DNA of 64,000 bases from Paraphysomonas bandaiensis (Eukaryota; Protista; Chrysophyceae): positions 38,785 to 102,784 of the forward strand of contig CBFFRP010000113.1 in assembly GCA_965644295.1 (NCBI GenBank), given 5' to 3'. Under the pieces are notes generated by a model, which worked only from the letters and a program-made list of their open reading frames with translations, was not told where the DNA came from and ran no database searches. Below are positions 10,741 through 23,257 of the stretch, piece after piece. The position numbers were made by a program, and so were the translations under genes. Position 1 is the first letter of the stretch. Every line of letters starts with the position of its first letter.

Positions 10741-11737
10741 TGCAAATTACTATTTTTAGCATGAAAATCCCAGCTTTCACATGAGGGCTACAAAAAATAT
10801 CAGATTTCTATAGTACTGTACACCAACAGAGTATGTACTCATGGAAAATACGGTATTCATGTACATACATACTGCATACTGCTGTATGGTACAGCTCTGC
10901 AATTAGAATTTCTAGGATGTAATTTATATGCGGACTTTTCTTGTATGGGAAAGTTGGCCCTCTTTTTTCAGGCCCGTGGTGCGAAATTCTTGCATCTGCT
11001 TCAATTAAAGCCGTACTTTTACGCCCTTTCCACCCACAGCTGTCCGCAGGACATATCCTCCAAACGATTTTTTTTCATAAAGTTCAAGAGTAACTTGAAA
11101 TCAATGCCATGAAGCCGGTGGAAATGCCATGATGCACTAAAGCAAGCTTAGGAGAGCATATTGTCCGACTTGGAACTTAAACGAGCTGAGAATTGCTTCT
11201 GCAGTGCAGTGCAGTGCTGAATGAAACGATCTTTGTCATTCCATAACTTGAGTGACCTCCATATCGATAAGGCCCTATGTGTTCACCAAGATGTGAGAAA
11301 ATCGAAGTCATGTAACTTTGTTGCGAATGGGTATCGACCGATATTTGAGTTTGAAGCACTTGATGAATTGCTAGATCTCTGCGGTAATACAGAAGATGAA
11401 ACTGACCCATTAGCAAGTGCGATGGCGACATCTTCCATCTCGGAATCCCAGGAAACATCTCCTACGACTCCACGTGTAAATTATTACAGCATTAAACAGT
11501 TGTTGAATAACCAATTACCAGAATCATCAACCTCAAAGTCACGGATAGAAACGAATATGTAGCTTAGCCCATGCACGTGTTGTTGTCGACGATTTCTTGT
11601 GTTATATACGTGAATAAACTGTTTATATGTACAGTAGAATAATAAGTTACTTTATGACTTTAGATATAATAGTAGTGTAGCTCTCCATTAATACTACTGA
11701 TGGAGTTTTTAAACCGGCCCTACAATACCACTGCAAT
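10741..11737 (+). repeat. ~1-kb segmental duplication, copy 2
   Basis: Near-identical to ~8327-9323. Confidence 0.92.
11221..11562 (+). CDS. Hypothetical 113-aa protein, copy 2
   Basis: Differs from copy 1 by two residues (EPQKT vs ESQET). Confidence 0.5.
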   Translation: MKRSLSFHNLSDLHIDKALCVHQDVRKSKSCNFVANGYRPIFEFEALDELLDLCGNTEDETDPLASAMATSSISESQETSPTTPRVNYYSIKQLLNNQLPESSTSKSRIETNM

Positions 11738-12103
11738 ATATTGTACAATATATACGTAAGTAATCAGTTAAGGTAGATGAATTATGTACAGTTGAGTAAC
11801 TAAAACCCATACATTTAAAGTCTGTTCCTTTAGGGATATTTGTCGTAGTGTATTGTCGCCATTGTCAATTGAGCTCTTGAGCAATAGTATTGAAATACTC
11901 ACCATTTCTCTCTATCCTAAGTAGAGAGGCAAGTTAGAATCAGTTCTACAACAGCATATGACACTTCAATTATGCGAATTTTGTAGTAAAGAAACTTACT
12001 AAAATAATTCACGTTAGGTCAATTATTATTTCATTATTAGTTCACAAAGCATAAGAACATACAACTTATACTGCTAACAGTGTAACACGTTATACATATA
12101 AAA

Positions 12104-13218
12104 CTAAGCAGTCTTTTTAATGGAGCCTTCAATAGTCTTGTCACGAACTCGTTTCAACTGAGTTATGGGATTTTGATTGGTCATCACCTGCTCTCTTCTA
12201 TTTTTCATGCTAAGATTCTCCTCTTTGGGTGGCAATGTGACTGACATAGAGGGGATAGCAGCAGGAGCAGTGGAATGGTTTAGGTACGCCTCGTTCCCGT
12301 GGTAGTAGTTGCCAGCAGACTTGAGAGAAAACTGCTCCCAGTAGATACCTCCATATATATCTCTCCCGGAGAAGTCCAACCGTGGTGAGCTGTGGCGCGG
12401 TGCCACAGTCTCTACTTTTGGAAAGTAAATTGGTCCTGGGCTGCGGGGACGTTCTGTAAACAAGAAATTATAGAAGTTACTTTAATTTCAATAAGCTCCA
12501 ACCTTCAGGAATACGCTTGTCCTTCGGAAACGAGAAACAGCGCACGTTGGGGTTAGCGTGTCGCACATACTTCGGGCCGGGAATTTCAAACCCACGACTT
12601 TTCCGCCCATTGCTACGTCCACTAACAAGACTAACAGTATCCGCACTTGGCCACATGCTGGGGTCATACTTGTCACCAACACTAAAACTTGCCCCCTTAT
12701 GTTTCTTTTCCTTCGCTTTAGTCATGCGTTTAGAAAACTTTGAAATATCTTTTTCGACAATTTGTGGATCAATTTTTCCTAGGACAGGACGTTTCGCATT
12801 TCCCTGTAATAGAATTAATTCAATTCAAACAACTCTTAAAACTTACCTTTGCTAATGTCCATCCTTGGCGACAAAGCTTCACTAATTCATAGGGGTCAGC
12901 TTTTGGAGGGAGGTCTTCAAGTTTATGATGATTAATGGGAGAACCAATTTTCATAGCGATATCACTGTTACTCTTCGGTAGGGGCTTCGTTTTCTTTGGT
13001 TTATTATGTATAGGTTTTTTTACCAAGTAAGCTGAGCGAGGAAGTTTCGGTCTCTGCAGCGAGAGGTCTTTGGAAGCCTCATCAAAAGTTGATCGTGATT
13101 CCGTATGGAAGGAATACATACTGTCCCCAAATACAGATTCCATAGCACCGTTGCTTCTCACATCGAGGCACTGGACATCCTCAAGTGGGTCATCAGGGAA
13201 ATGAACAGAGTGATCCAT
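12104..13218 (-). CDS. PGP-repeat (SHIPPO/ODF3-like) protein, ~3 exons
   Basis: Three ORF segments joinable by short GT-AG introns (e.g. 12502-12454); IPGPKY and SPGPIYFP motifs with FSF/FSV spacers. Confidence 0.6.
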
Positions 13219-13725
13219 TAGCAAGACTTATATTTTAGTTATAGCTAAGATGCTGACTTTTTAGTATAGTGGATAATGAGTGTGATTTATCTGATTGAGC
13301 TCATAGCTTATGTCAATTCTATAGGAGATAGTCAATATACTGTTTTCATTGATTTCACTGCTCCACTTAAGTAGCAGCAACCACGATACGATAAAACTGT
13401 GCCTGCAACACTCCCTTTAGTATATATACTTCTATGCTGGGAGCTCATTGTGCTGTATCATGGACACTGTATTTCCGTTTTCTTTTTAGTGTCGTACCTA
13501 TGAACGAGCATACTACGAAGTACACGAGTACATATACGGTATACTGGTATACAGCTGTGCAATACACTGGCGTAGTTCATTCGTAGTACGAGTTTACATA
13601 ATTGCCATCATGAGCACCAGTCCGTCTGCATCCCAAATAGCTCCTCTGGGACATCTAAAGACGAGGGGGTACATACATATACCAGATAGGGCAGTACTAA
13701 TATTCTAACAAATACTTCACGCAGG

Positions 13726-14300
13726 ATGTATTTGAAGGGCAAATGGGGTTCTTTGTCAGTGTTTATTCGTAGAAACCGCTTGTGGGGTACTCGTAAGTGC
13801 TGTAGCGCTGCACAGTTCGACATCAACGAAACACTTACATCTGATCTTAAGATCGGAGCATACGCAGAAGTTAAGCATTGTTTCAACCAATCATCGGTGA
13901 AAACGTTTTCTGACATTAGTGGGGATAATAACCCACTTCATATTGACGATGAGGTAGCGAAAGCCTCTCAGTTCGGCGGGACTATTGTCCACGGAATTCT
14001 TGTATCGAGTCTTTTCTCCACTCTATTTGGTCGGACAATTCCTGGATCGATATATATTAACCAAAGCATGACGTTCCGTAAACCTGTCAAAGTTGGGGGT
14101 AAGATTTAGCATCTAAATTTTTATAGTTCATTAGTGTGCTGGTTGTAGCCCCAGTAATTGCAAGGATTGAGGTCAATCGAGTATCAAGTAAGCGCCCTGG
14201 TGTATTTATAACATGCAGAACGACGTGTAGGCTTGCAGATGACGGTATGCTAGCTGTGGATGGAGAGGCTACTGTACTTATCCCCCACTCCAGTACGTAG
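13726..14300 (+). CDS. MaoC-like (R)-specific enoyl-CoA hydratase / hydroxyacyl-thioester dehydratase
   Basis: FSDISGDNNPLHID...FGGTIVHG hydratase-2 motif; 50-nt intron 14099-14148 gives C-terminal LAVDGEATVL; basic N-terminus may be a mitochondrial presequence. Confidence 0.88.
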
Positions 14301-14566
14301 ATTGCACTCACCTCATTGTTGGATGTATGTATGTCATGTCAACAGGAAGTTGTTGACCTAAATATTTAGATCACAGTAGATGTTTCTGAAAAGCAGACGC
14401 TGTGGTATCTGTATAAGTTGGGAATTCATAAATGCGTAGAGGCGATTTTTCTAGCCTACAATATTCTCGTAAATAGAGAAACTAGATAGAAATGTATTAA
14501 CTAACCCTAATCAACAGAGTTCTTTCTTGAAAAGCTAACTCTCACAACCTCCAAGCTACTTTATAT

Positions 14567-15597
14567 CAGGTCCTGGTAACAGTTAATGGTAATGGCCATT
14601 AATGGTAATGCAATTATAATTGCCCGGACATTTGTCATTAATGCCATTATAATTGCCGGGAACCACTGCACTACCATTAATGGACCATTATGACATTATG
14701 ACATCCCATTAATGACCTGTACTGCTATAAATAGAACTGGGTGTTATACATATAATGTTATCTCCTCTATACTCCGAAGAAACTCTAAACAATATTAAAC
14801 AACAATATTCACGCAACTCTACAGGTACTTTGTGTCAACCTTGTTCACTATCTTCTCAATGCTCTGTAGATTTAGAGAATAGTTTCCTGAGCGATATATA
14901 TATAGATAATATGCATATTTACCTAGAAAACTTTCATAAAAACACTATTTTCCCCCAAAGTTGAAAGAAGCTGCAGTACACAATTATACCATCCAGTATA
15001 TCAAGCGAATATGATGGCCAAAAAAAATGATGGCAGTTTAATTTACAGCCTGAGTCATCTTCCGAGCGGATTCAGAGAATCCTCTCAGTGCTCTGTATCA
15101 GAGTGAATTTGCTTGCGCAGCGTGTTCTGGACAGCGCCGAGGTCACCAAGAGAACTCGGGTGGTACCTATATGACTCCAACTACAGCTGCTTGTATCATA
15201 TTGAAGCACAAAATCTAATGTTGTTGAGAAGCTCTTTAGTAGTGCAAAGTTGATAATCCCACTTGAACGTAGAAACATGAATCCATATCGTCTAGAATCG
15301 TTGCTATTCCTACGAGTCAATTACATGTTGTGGGATGCTGATACCCTCCACGAAGCCCTGCAAGAAGATCCTGATGTGCCAATTCGTAGTTTTCTAATTA
15401 ATTAGAAATTAGTAATTAAGGGAGCACTATACTATCTATTATGAGCGGTATTATCTACTTTAAGTTAGTAGGTATTAATGGCCATTTATGGCCATTAACG
15501 GCCAATATAATTGCCGGGACATTTTTCATTAATGCCATTATAATTGCCGGGAACTGGACTACCATTAATGGGCCATTATTAACGGTTACCACAGGCT
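14567..15597 (+). mobile_element. Non-autonomous hAT element with degenerate transposase C-terminus
   Basis: Imperfect TIRs (TGGTAACAGTTAAT / ATTAACGGTTACCA) and many CCATTA/TAATGG subterminal repeats. 15205-15405 translates SNVVEKLFSSAKLII..RRNMNPYRLESLLFLRVN, the hAT dimerisation domain. Confidence 0.8.
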
Positions 15598-16142
15598 AAT
15601 TGCCACTTATATCAGAGTCTAATAGCCACATGAGTGGTTTACTGTTTATTGAGCCATTATGGTATAAAGAGAAGGTAATAGTATAAGGTGAGAGGTAAAT
15701 GCTATTTAGATAAGAGTATTACGAGTGGTTATGGGACTAGAATGATGTAATGGATATTCGTGGGTTAAGTATGAGGAAATAGGTGAACAGATATGGGTTA
15801 GATATTGCAAGTTTTCACGAATAATAAGTTACTGTTAAGATTTAGTTCTATTTCCTATCTCCTATTACCCGTACACTGAAACTGGATGATAAGAGATAAG
15901 ACTATCAATGCCTCGAATAGTGATGCTGAAACACCCGCAGTCGACTTGAGACTTTCAATAGAATTACATAGGGAAGGTGGACATCAGATCGACTTAATGA
16001 CGTTAGTACATTGTTAGTACACCAATTTCAAGTCATTGTATTACTGCACGCATTTTCTGGTGGTTGGTGATACAATCTAGAAACACTCATTGACCAGACT
16101 GCCACTCATTTTTGTTAGTTGTAATTAAATGATGAAATATAT

Positions 16143-16276
16143 TAGGGCCTTGTAATCGTTAATGTTTTGTAATGGCCATTATAATTGCCGTATCAATTAT
16201 CAATTTTCATTGATGCCATTATAATAGTCGGAAACTGGACAACCATTAATGGGCCATTAAAGGTTAGCAGGCCCTG
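16143..16276. mobile_element. ~135-bp MITE of the same hAT family as 14567-15597
   Basis: Ends TAGGGCCT...AGGCCCTG; shares GCCATTATAATTGCCG and CCATTAATGGGCCATTA blocks; TSD not clear. Confidence 0.65.
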
Positions 16277-16793
16277 TAATCTACTACAGGTTTCTATTAA
16301 TTTTATTGTCTCCTGGTTTTATAATAGAATAGGATTTTCAAAAAAGAAGAGGGTATCAACTTTGCAATCATCAGCATCAATTTTGAAGTAAAACAACTTC
16401 GATGTTAACTAATGTGCCCACACTAGTGACGCCTTGACAGCATAGAATTGATGGTACTAAAAATGCTTCTATTAATTGACTACGTTGTGATCAATTATTA
16501 TTTGCTGTGGCAATTACAATTACATGTGTGCTTAGTATTCTCACATACAAAACTAGAACAGAATGAGGTCACATATGCTCGTCTGCTGTTTCTACCATCA
16601 CACATAGCTGAATGAACATAAGAGTGATGTTTTAAAGTCTAAAACAGTATATTATTGACTACATTTTCAAATTAACTAATAATAAAACAGCTTCACATAG
16701 CTTCATAGATATCACACTTGTAACTAGGCAGCAAAAATCCCTCTTGAATTCCCCTAGATCCTGTAATCGCATACCTCTTGAATAATGTGTAGC

Positions 16794-18199
16794 CTATAAA
16801 CCTGTCAGCTTCGAGCTTACATCCCATAGCTTCGAGGCTGCATCGGGGTCGCTAGCGTGTTTCGATACAGGATAGGACTTGCAGTGGACAAGGTAACGCC
16901 CACTGACACCCTCAAGAGCAGGTGATGTGGCTGCAAATACACTAGTGTAAGCACCTTGGCTGGGCAACTTTTGTACAAGAAGCATTAGTGGAGTGAGTAA
17001 GGCATGGGCTTGGCGCACGAAGAAATTCAACGAGCGTGTAACTTCCGTAAGTACAATACCAGGGTGTACCGCGTTCACAGTTACATTGGATCCGGACGAT
17101 CGCAGTCTTCTATCCAGTTCCAGTGAAAACAAGACATTAGCGAGTTTGGACCGGCTGTAAGTACCGAAGAGGGAGTAGTTCCGCTCAGACATGATGTCAT
17201 CAAAGTCAATTCCCGTCTTGACTGCACGGTGCATTGAGGAGGCAACATTGACAACTCTTCCCCTGTATATTCGGCAGATATCAGTGCAATGATAGATAAA
17301 GTAAAAAGGTAACCAACTTGGTAGCCTCTAAATCCGGAAGGAGAAGGTTTGTCAGTAGAAAATGGCCAAGGTGATTGGAAGTAAAAACCATCTCTAGGCC
17401 ATCCTACAATTCCGTCAAGGAAATGACAAGACAGAACACGAAACAGACCTTTGTAGTAGTGCGTGTGGGCATCATTACACCAGCATTATTTATCAGGCAG
17501 TGAAGAGGTAGACCAAGAGCTTTAAATTCCTACACGAAATTAAGATATAAAGCCAACAATCTCTTTGGCCCTGCACCTTAACAAAGTCTCTCACAGACTT
17601 GAATGAGCAGAGATCAAGTGGCAGAAAAATTACTTTAGTCTCTGAACACCCTGCTGAGCTAACGATATTTGCACGAGCATTTAATGCTTTGTCCTTGGAC
17701 CTGCACTGCATGTGAAAAAACGGTCATGTTCAAACAATTAGCGATATCACCTACAACCAAGTATGACTGTCCCACCCATACGGGCGATTTCTCTAGCTGT
17801 CTCTAATCCCAAGCCCGCACTAGAGCCAGTCACAATAAACACTTTTCCCGAGAGATCGACCTCTTTAAATTTTACGCCACTAACGGCACGTTTATAGTTT
17901 CGAATTATCATAGCAACCGATATTGCGATAATGCTGCAAGATAGAGCCTTGAAGGAGACATTAATAGTGATACAAGAAGCGTATTCACCAGATACCTTAC
18001 AAAAACTACCTTCATCGCATTCTCTTTGAGTTATCAATGCAACAGCAAGAATGGAACCATTGAGTGCAATATCCTGCAAAGTGTCTGTCCACGACAGGTC
18101 CTCATATGTGTGATGTCGAACAGTGTTCAACACTAATGAGTACAAGAAACAGAGACTGCTCCCACCGACTGCAACATCAAGAAGAGAACTAATGGTCAT
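16794..18199 (-). CDS. Retinol dehydrogenase-like SDR with N-terminal membrane segments (multi-exon)
   Basis: IVTGSSAGLG Rossmann motif, LDLCSFKSVR, NNAG, NHLGHFLLT, catalytic YSRSK, VHPGIV. Confidence 0.9.
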
Positions 18200-18628
18200 G
18201 CTTAACTATCTTCGGAGATTTCAACGCCTGATAGTTCCTAAGTGTTGCAAGTGGTGGAGATGCAATGCATGCCAGTACAGCAGTATGACAGTGTGTGCAC
18301 GATATATACTACCCACTACATGCACTGCTGTACATATCACGGGTTGTTAAAAGGTATAATATACGGATAGCGGTACGTATACGGATGGTACAGAGGAGAT
18401 ATGTGAAACCGATATATATAGAGATGTATGTATGTATGTTTGTGTATATGGGCGTATATGTATGTATGTATGTGTAGGTGTGTGTATGCAATGGTTTATA
18501 TATGTATGTATGTGTGTATGTATGAGGGCTATAGAGCAAATCATATACACAAACCAGTCTGTTCATATACATGACTGATACTTGTCTAGTGCTTGTTATT
18601 GTCGATTGAGTAATCTATCTCGAGGACA

Positions 18629-20347
18629 ATGGCTGATGTGATTCGACCAGAGGACGGTGTTCAGATCCTAGAGCGTGCTGAGATAAGCGATGATGAGGAC
18701 GACTTTGAATATGAGATGGTCGCAGAGGAGCCTGAGGATGATGACGACGATGATGATCTTGCGGACGCATTGGCTTCTATTAACATGAAGCGATCGAGTG
18801 CAGCAACTGAGAAATCACTCGAGTCGACGACGTCAGTGACTCAAGTGCGTCCTTCTGTTGTGGATGACTTTGTAAGGAACTTCCTCATTAAAGCTGGAAT
18901 GAAGCGAACACTGGATAGTTTTAATGCTGAGTGGTATGAAATGCAGTCTAAAGGAAGGCTACCAGCGGAAATATCGTCAGCCGTTCCAGATATATATTTG
19001 AGAAATGATGAACTGGATCAACAGGCACGTGTCTTGCGTGAACAAGTGGATAAAATGCGACAAGTAGCAGGGCGGGCTCAAGCCACTTGGGACAAGTTTA
19101 GGAAGGAGAGAGATTTTCATCGAATGCACCATAAACGTGTTGTTCAGGAGAAGAACAAACTGATTAAAGATTTGAAGAGAGTTCGTAACCACTTGAGGTC
19201 TTATGAGCCCATGATCGATGAACTCAAAGGCAAGCACCAGGCAGCCCTGAAGGAGAAAATGCTTATCAAATTGGAACGTGATCGCATGAAGGCTAAGGTA
19301 AAAGTTTTGGAGGAACAAGTTGCTAATTTGACACGACCGGAAGAGGAGAAGTCACCCACCCCGAAGGTGCGGAGTGCTACTCGAACTGTTCGCAAGGAGG
19401 CTGTGTTTCCTTCCGACTCAATAGTCAACCCATTCTCTACAGTTGAGTTCGATCCCTGCACTGCAGACAAGTTCAAAACACGCAAGACCTATAAGGGACA
19501 CCTGAACTCCATAGCAGCAGTCGCTTTTCACCCGAAGAAACCTATTTTTGCTACGGCCAGTGATGACGAAACCTGGCGGTTGTGGACTGTTCCGGACAGT
19601 GATCTGGTCATGTCTGGAGAGGGACATACAAGTTGGGTTTCAGGCCTGCATTTTCACCCGCACGGATCTCACTTAGTGACTTCCTCTGGAGATAGTACTG
19701 TCAAAATATGGGAGTTCGCTCAAGCGCGCTGCACACACACATTCACTGAGCACACACAGGCAGTGTGGGGGTGTGAATTCCACCATGGCGGTGATTTTGT
19801 TGCGAGCTGCTCTATGGATCACACTGTTCGTATATGGGATGTTATATCTGGTCGCTGTAGGCAGAGCCTTAGAGGGCATGTGGACAGCGTGAATGCTGTG
19901 AAGTGGCAGCCCTTCTCCAATAATGCGTGTACAGCATCAGGTGACAAGACAGTATCAGTGTGGGACGCACGTACCGGCCTCTGTGTACAAACTCTCTACG
20001 GCCACTCAAACTCCTGTAACGATCTTGCTGTATCCCATCGCGGAGATACAATTGCTTCCTGTGATGCCGATGGCGTGGTAAAAGTCTGGGACATTCGCAT
20101 GGTATCAGAACTGGGCTCAGTTGAAACTGGTACCCACCCTGTGAATAAGCTCACACTTGATCGCAGTGGAGCGAGGGCTGTGTGTGGGTCTGACGACGGC
20201 TCTGTCAAGGTACTGGATTTGCAGAACTTCCGCGTGTTGAATCAGCTTACAGGACATGATGATGCTGTTCAGTGTGTTGGCCTTTCTCCGAATGATGCCT
20301 TCATGGTCAGCGGCTCGTCCGATGCCACTTTCAGAATATGGGGATAG
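18629..20347 (+). CDS. SPAG16: Sperm-associated antigen 16 / PF20, central-pair WD40 protein (single exon)
   Basis: VVDDFVRNFLIKAGMKRTLDSF and ERDFHRMHHKRVVQEKNKLI are PF20 hallmarks, followed by seven WD40 repeats. Confidence 0.95.
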   Translation: MADVIRPEDGVQILERAEISDDEDDFEYEMVAEEPEDDDDDDDLADALASINMKRSSAATEKSLESTTSVTQVRPSVVDDFVRNFLIKAGMKRTLDSFNAEWYEMQSKGRLPAEISSAVPDIYLRNDELDQQARVLREQVDKMRQVAGRAQATWDKFRKERDFHRMHHKRVVQEKNKLIKDLKRVRNHLRSYEPMIDELKGKHQAALKEKMLIKLERDRMKAKVKVLEEQVANLTRPEEEKSPTPKVRSATRTVRKEAVFPSDSIVNPFSTVEFDPCTADKFKTRKTYKGHLNSIAAVAFHPKKPIFATASDDETWRLWTVPDSDLVMSGEGHTSWVSGLHFHPHGSHLVTSSGDSTVKIWEFAQARCTHTFTEHTQAVWGCEFHHGGDFVASCSMDHTVRIWDVISGRCRQSLRGHVDSVNAVKWQPFSNNACTASGDKTVSVWDARTGLCVQTLYGHSNSCNDLAVSHRGDTIASCDADGVVKVWDIRMVSELGSVETGTHPVNKLTLDRSGARAVCGSDDGSVKVLDLQNFRVLNQLTGHDDAVQCVGLSPNDAFMVSGSSDATFRIWG

Positions 20348-20964
20348 CTGTAGAGTTTCAAGAATATGGGGAGTCGGTGATTCAAGAACCTGTGTAACAA
20401 CTCTAAAGTTGCGACTGGAGTGTATTAATTGAGTCTAAGATATAGTGTATATGTGGGATGATATTTAATGTTATATAAGCTGTATTACCTGTTACTGTTT
20501 GAGTTGTTGAAGTGAATTCAGTAGCATGCCACCGTAAGCTATCAATATGCCATAAGAGCACTCTATCGTAGAAACATTTAGTGATTTGATCGCAGTAAGG
20601 AAATTCATACTTAGTTAAATGAGGTACAACAAAGTAGGATAGAGCCAGTAGGGTATTCGCCTCAAAATCTCAATCACAGCTTAGCTAGAGGTTAATGAGT
20701 GATAATCAGGTAGCGACCCTCACCGAGAGGAGACAACGACACCCGCGTGATTCAATATTGCTTCTATGACAATCTTTACAGTGTTCAAGCGTGCGTGTTA
20801 GAATTGTCTCTGAAGTTAACTTTGTTCTACACGTAAATCTTAATCTTGTTTTGTTGAACACAATGCACATTCAAGTAAGAAATTATAATTAGTAATCTAA
20901 ACACTTCACTACATATTTATGTAACATCTGGTTAACATCTGTTCACGGCAACATCTGTTTATTG

Positions 20965-21270
20965 CAGGGATAGGGAACAATATATTGATTGGTAGACTGG
21001 TCAAATATTCCATCAATATTGTTTCTGTTAAAGTAACTAGTAACTATATTGCAATTTATTGCAAACAATTATTTCATATACAGAAAGCTTCTTAACTGTA
21101 GGGTAAAAAATATAAATCGATGTATATAAATCTATGTATATAAATCTCCGTTCAGACGGTGATCATTGCAACAACACAGAGGGTGATAAAACTAAAGTTG
21201 GATATGTGGAGAAAATTCTTCAATCAGTTCAAAATCTTAAGAAACGGAAAGTTGAAATATCTTGATCTAT
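20965..21270 (+). mobile_element. Truncated hAT-derived repeat (inverted homolog of 9450-9750)
   Basis: Starts CAGGGATAGGGAACAATATATTG; 21095-21262 aligns with the reverse complement of ~9460-9612. Confidence 0.72.
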
Positions 21271-21274
21271 ATTA

Positions 21275-22260
21275 TTATAATGAGACATACTTGGTGCGTG
21301 ATATGTCGGTCAAGTTTCTATCCCCTAGTAATGCTTCTACCTCTACACTGAGGTCGTTCTGTGAAGTAACCTCCACATCAAATGAAGAAAGTATATGGTC
21401 TTCAAATGAGTCTACCAATTGATCTAATGTTTTATAATGGTGTTTGAGCTTCGTTAAGAACTCTGTATGGCTTCGTTTTTGGCGATACCCAGGCATCTTC
21501 TGTGGTATCTGGAGCATACTGAGCAACATCGCAAGACTCATTTCCACGTACCTGGAGATAGGATAATGCGCGAGAAGAAAAATCCCATAGAAAAGATGTG
21601 TGGTGCACAAATCGCGTTTTCGCTATCGCTGCAAGCAACCTTTATACTCTCATGTAACACGGGTGGTATTGTACCTTGCGCATTTCCCCCAATCTTGAGG
21701 TCCTCCATTACATAATCGTTCTCACGGAGAGTAAACTTCACAACAAACTATCAGCTAGAATTGAAATATTTAAACCACGTACTTCTGACTTGGCATCGCG
21801 AAACACATGCTTGTAAACGGCTGTATCGGACCACTTCATTATGTCGCGAGGATAGGGACTAATATTTAAGTCTTGGCTCTGTATATAGCAAACTATCACT
21901 CTACATCAAAATTCGAATCTTCTGAACCATACATCCATAATAAAAGTTACAAACAAAGTGTTCTTGTCTACAATAACAGTCCCTCCGCCTGTGAATCGTC
22001 GAATAACTTCTATATTATCCCTGTGAGTTAATATGATGCATGGATCACATGAGCGCACTGTTTGTGGACCTCTTCGCTTCTTCAATATGAACCAGTTCAG
22101 GAACTTTACCAGAGAAACCTGTGACTATAGTGGGCACTGTAGGCCCTGTGTTGACGAGGCACCAGTTGCTGTTGGAGGACCTGAACAGGAGCTCTTCGAT
22201 CTGAAGCTGACGGAATATATGCATGTTATCCAGCTTAACTAGTCGCAGTTTAGGTAACAT
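21275..22260 (-). CDS. Lipoate-protein ligase-like (BPL/LplA/LipB family), multi-exon
   Basis: QLQIEELLFR, GFSGKVPELVH, IRRFTGGGTV, ENDYV..KIGGNAQ, RFVHHTSFLWDF, YRQKRSH.EFL. Confidence 0.88.
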
Positions 22261-23202
22261 TGTGCTGCTTGATATATGCTTTGAGTGAGTGAGATATGGA
22301 TGCCACTGACAACGCCATATATATACACATACATGGGCGACATGATACAGGAGTATGCATACAGCAGTACTGCATATACCACTCGCACACCGCATATACC
22401 GTATACCATATACTCATGTAGCATGCCTGTGGATACCAGTCGGAGTGTACATATGCTGTACACAGCTGATGTACTCTGTACCTGTATGGTGTACATATAC
22501 ACCACTGTACAGCAGTACAATCCTGATGCATACTCACCCCTCCACGCATCCATGTTTGATGTTACCTCGAGGAACAACTGTGTCTGCAGTGGCACTGGGT
22601 ATCCATCCGCTGTGCTCCGTACAGCCTTCACTTAGACTCTACACTGACACAATAGACGAGAAGGAGAGACACTGACTCTCTCTGTGTGATGCTCTGGCTA
22701 TGATACCGTGTACATGCATAGGTATTACGTATGGTATACTGTGTACCATACACAGCCTCGTAACAGCAGATTGATTCCTGCCGCTATCGATGGACTCTGA
22801 TTAAGGTATACATCTCAGATGACCTCTCCTCCTATACAGCTCAAGCAATCTCTCTGGCTTGTTAAACGTAACCCATTGGCCTGTTTGTTTATCTGTATGC
22901 TCTACGAGAGTGTAGAATCACTGTACTATCGCCCTATAGGAACTGCCACGTGATCCAGTAAGCAATGCCTCTCACAAAGAACGTCACATTTGCTTGTTGA
23001 CTACGTACCATGCACAGTAGGTTCCCATTGCAGCTTATATATGTTATTCCTGCCATATTTGTATTAAGGTAATTGATAATGTAGCATTTCTGTGTCTTTA
23101 TACGTATATTACATAATTAAGTTCGTTTCATCTTGCCTTTGTTTGCGTAGACATATCAGATATCCACTCTTGCACGAATCGAAGACACACTACATTACTG
23201 GT

Positions 23203-23257
23203 GATTGCTGGGACGCTATCTAACACTAGTATTGCAATATATTGTTCCCTAGCACTG
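23203..23257 (-). repeat. Isolated hAT-type terminal sequence
   Basis: Reverse complement CAGTGCTAGGGAACAATATATTGCAATACTAGTGTTAGATAGC matches 41377-41430 and the termini at 20965 and 9750. Confidence 0.65.

Noticed and set aside
14500-14510. CTAACCCTAA telomere-like motif
   Set aside because: Only ~1.5 units; expected by chance.
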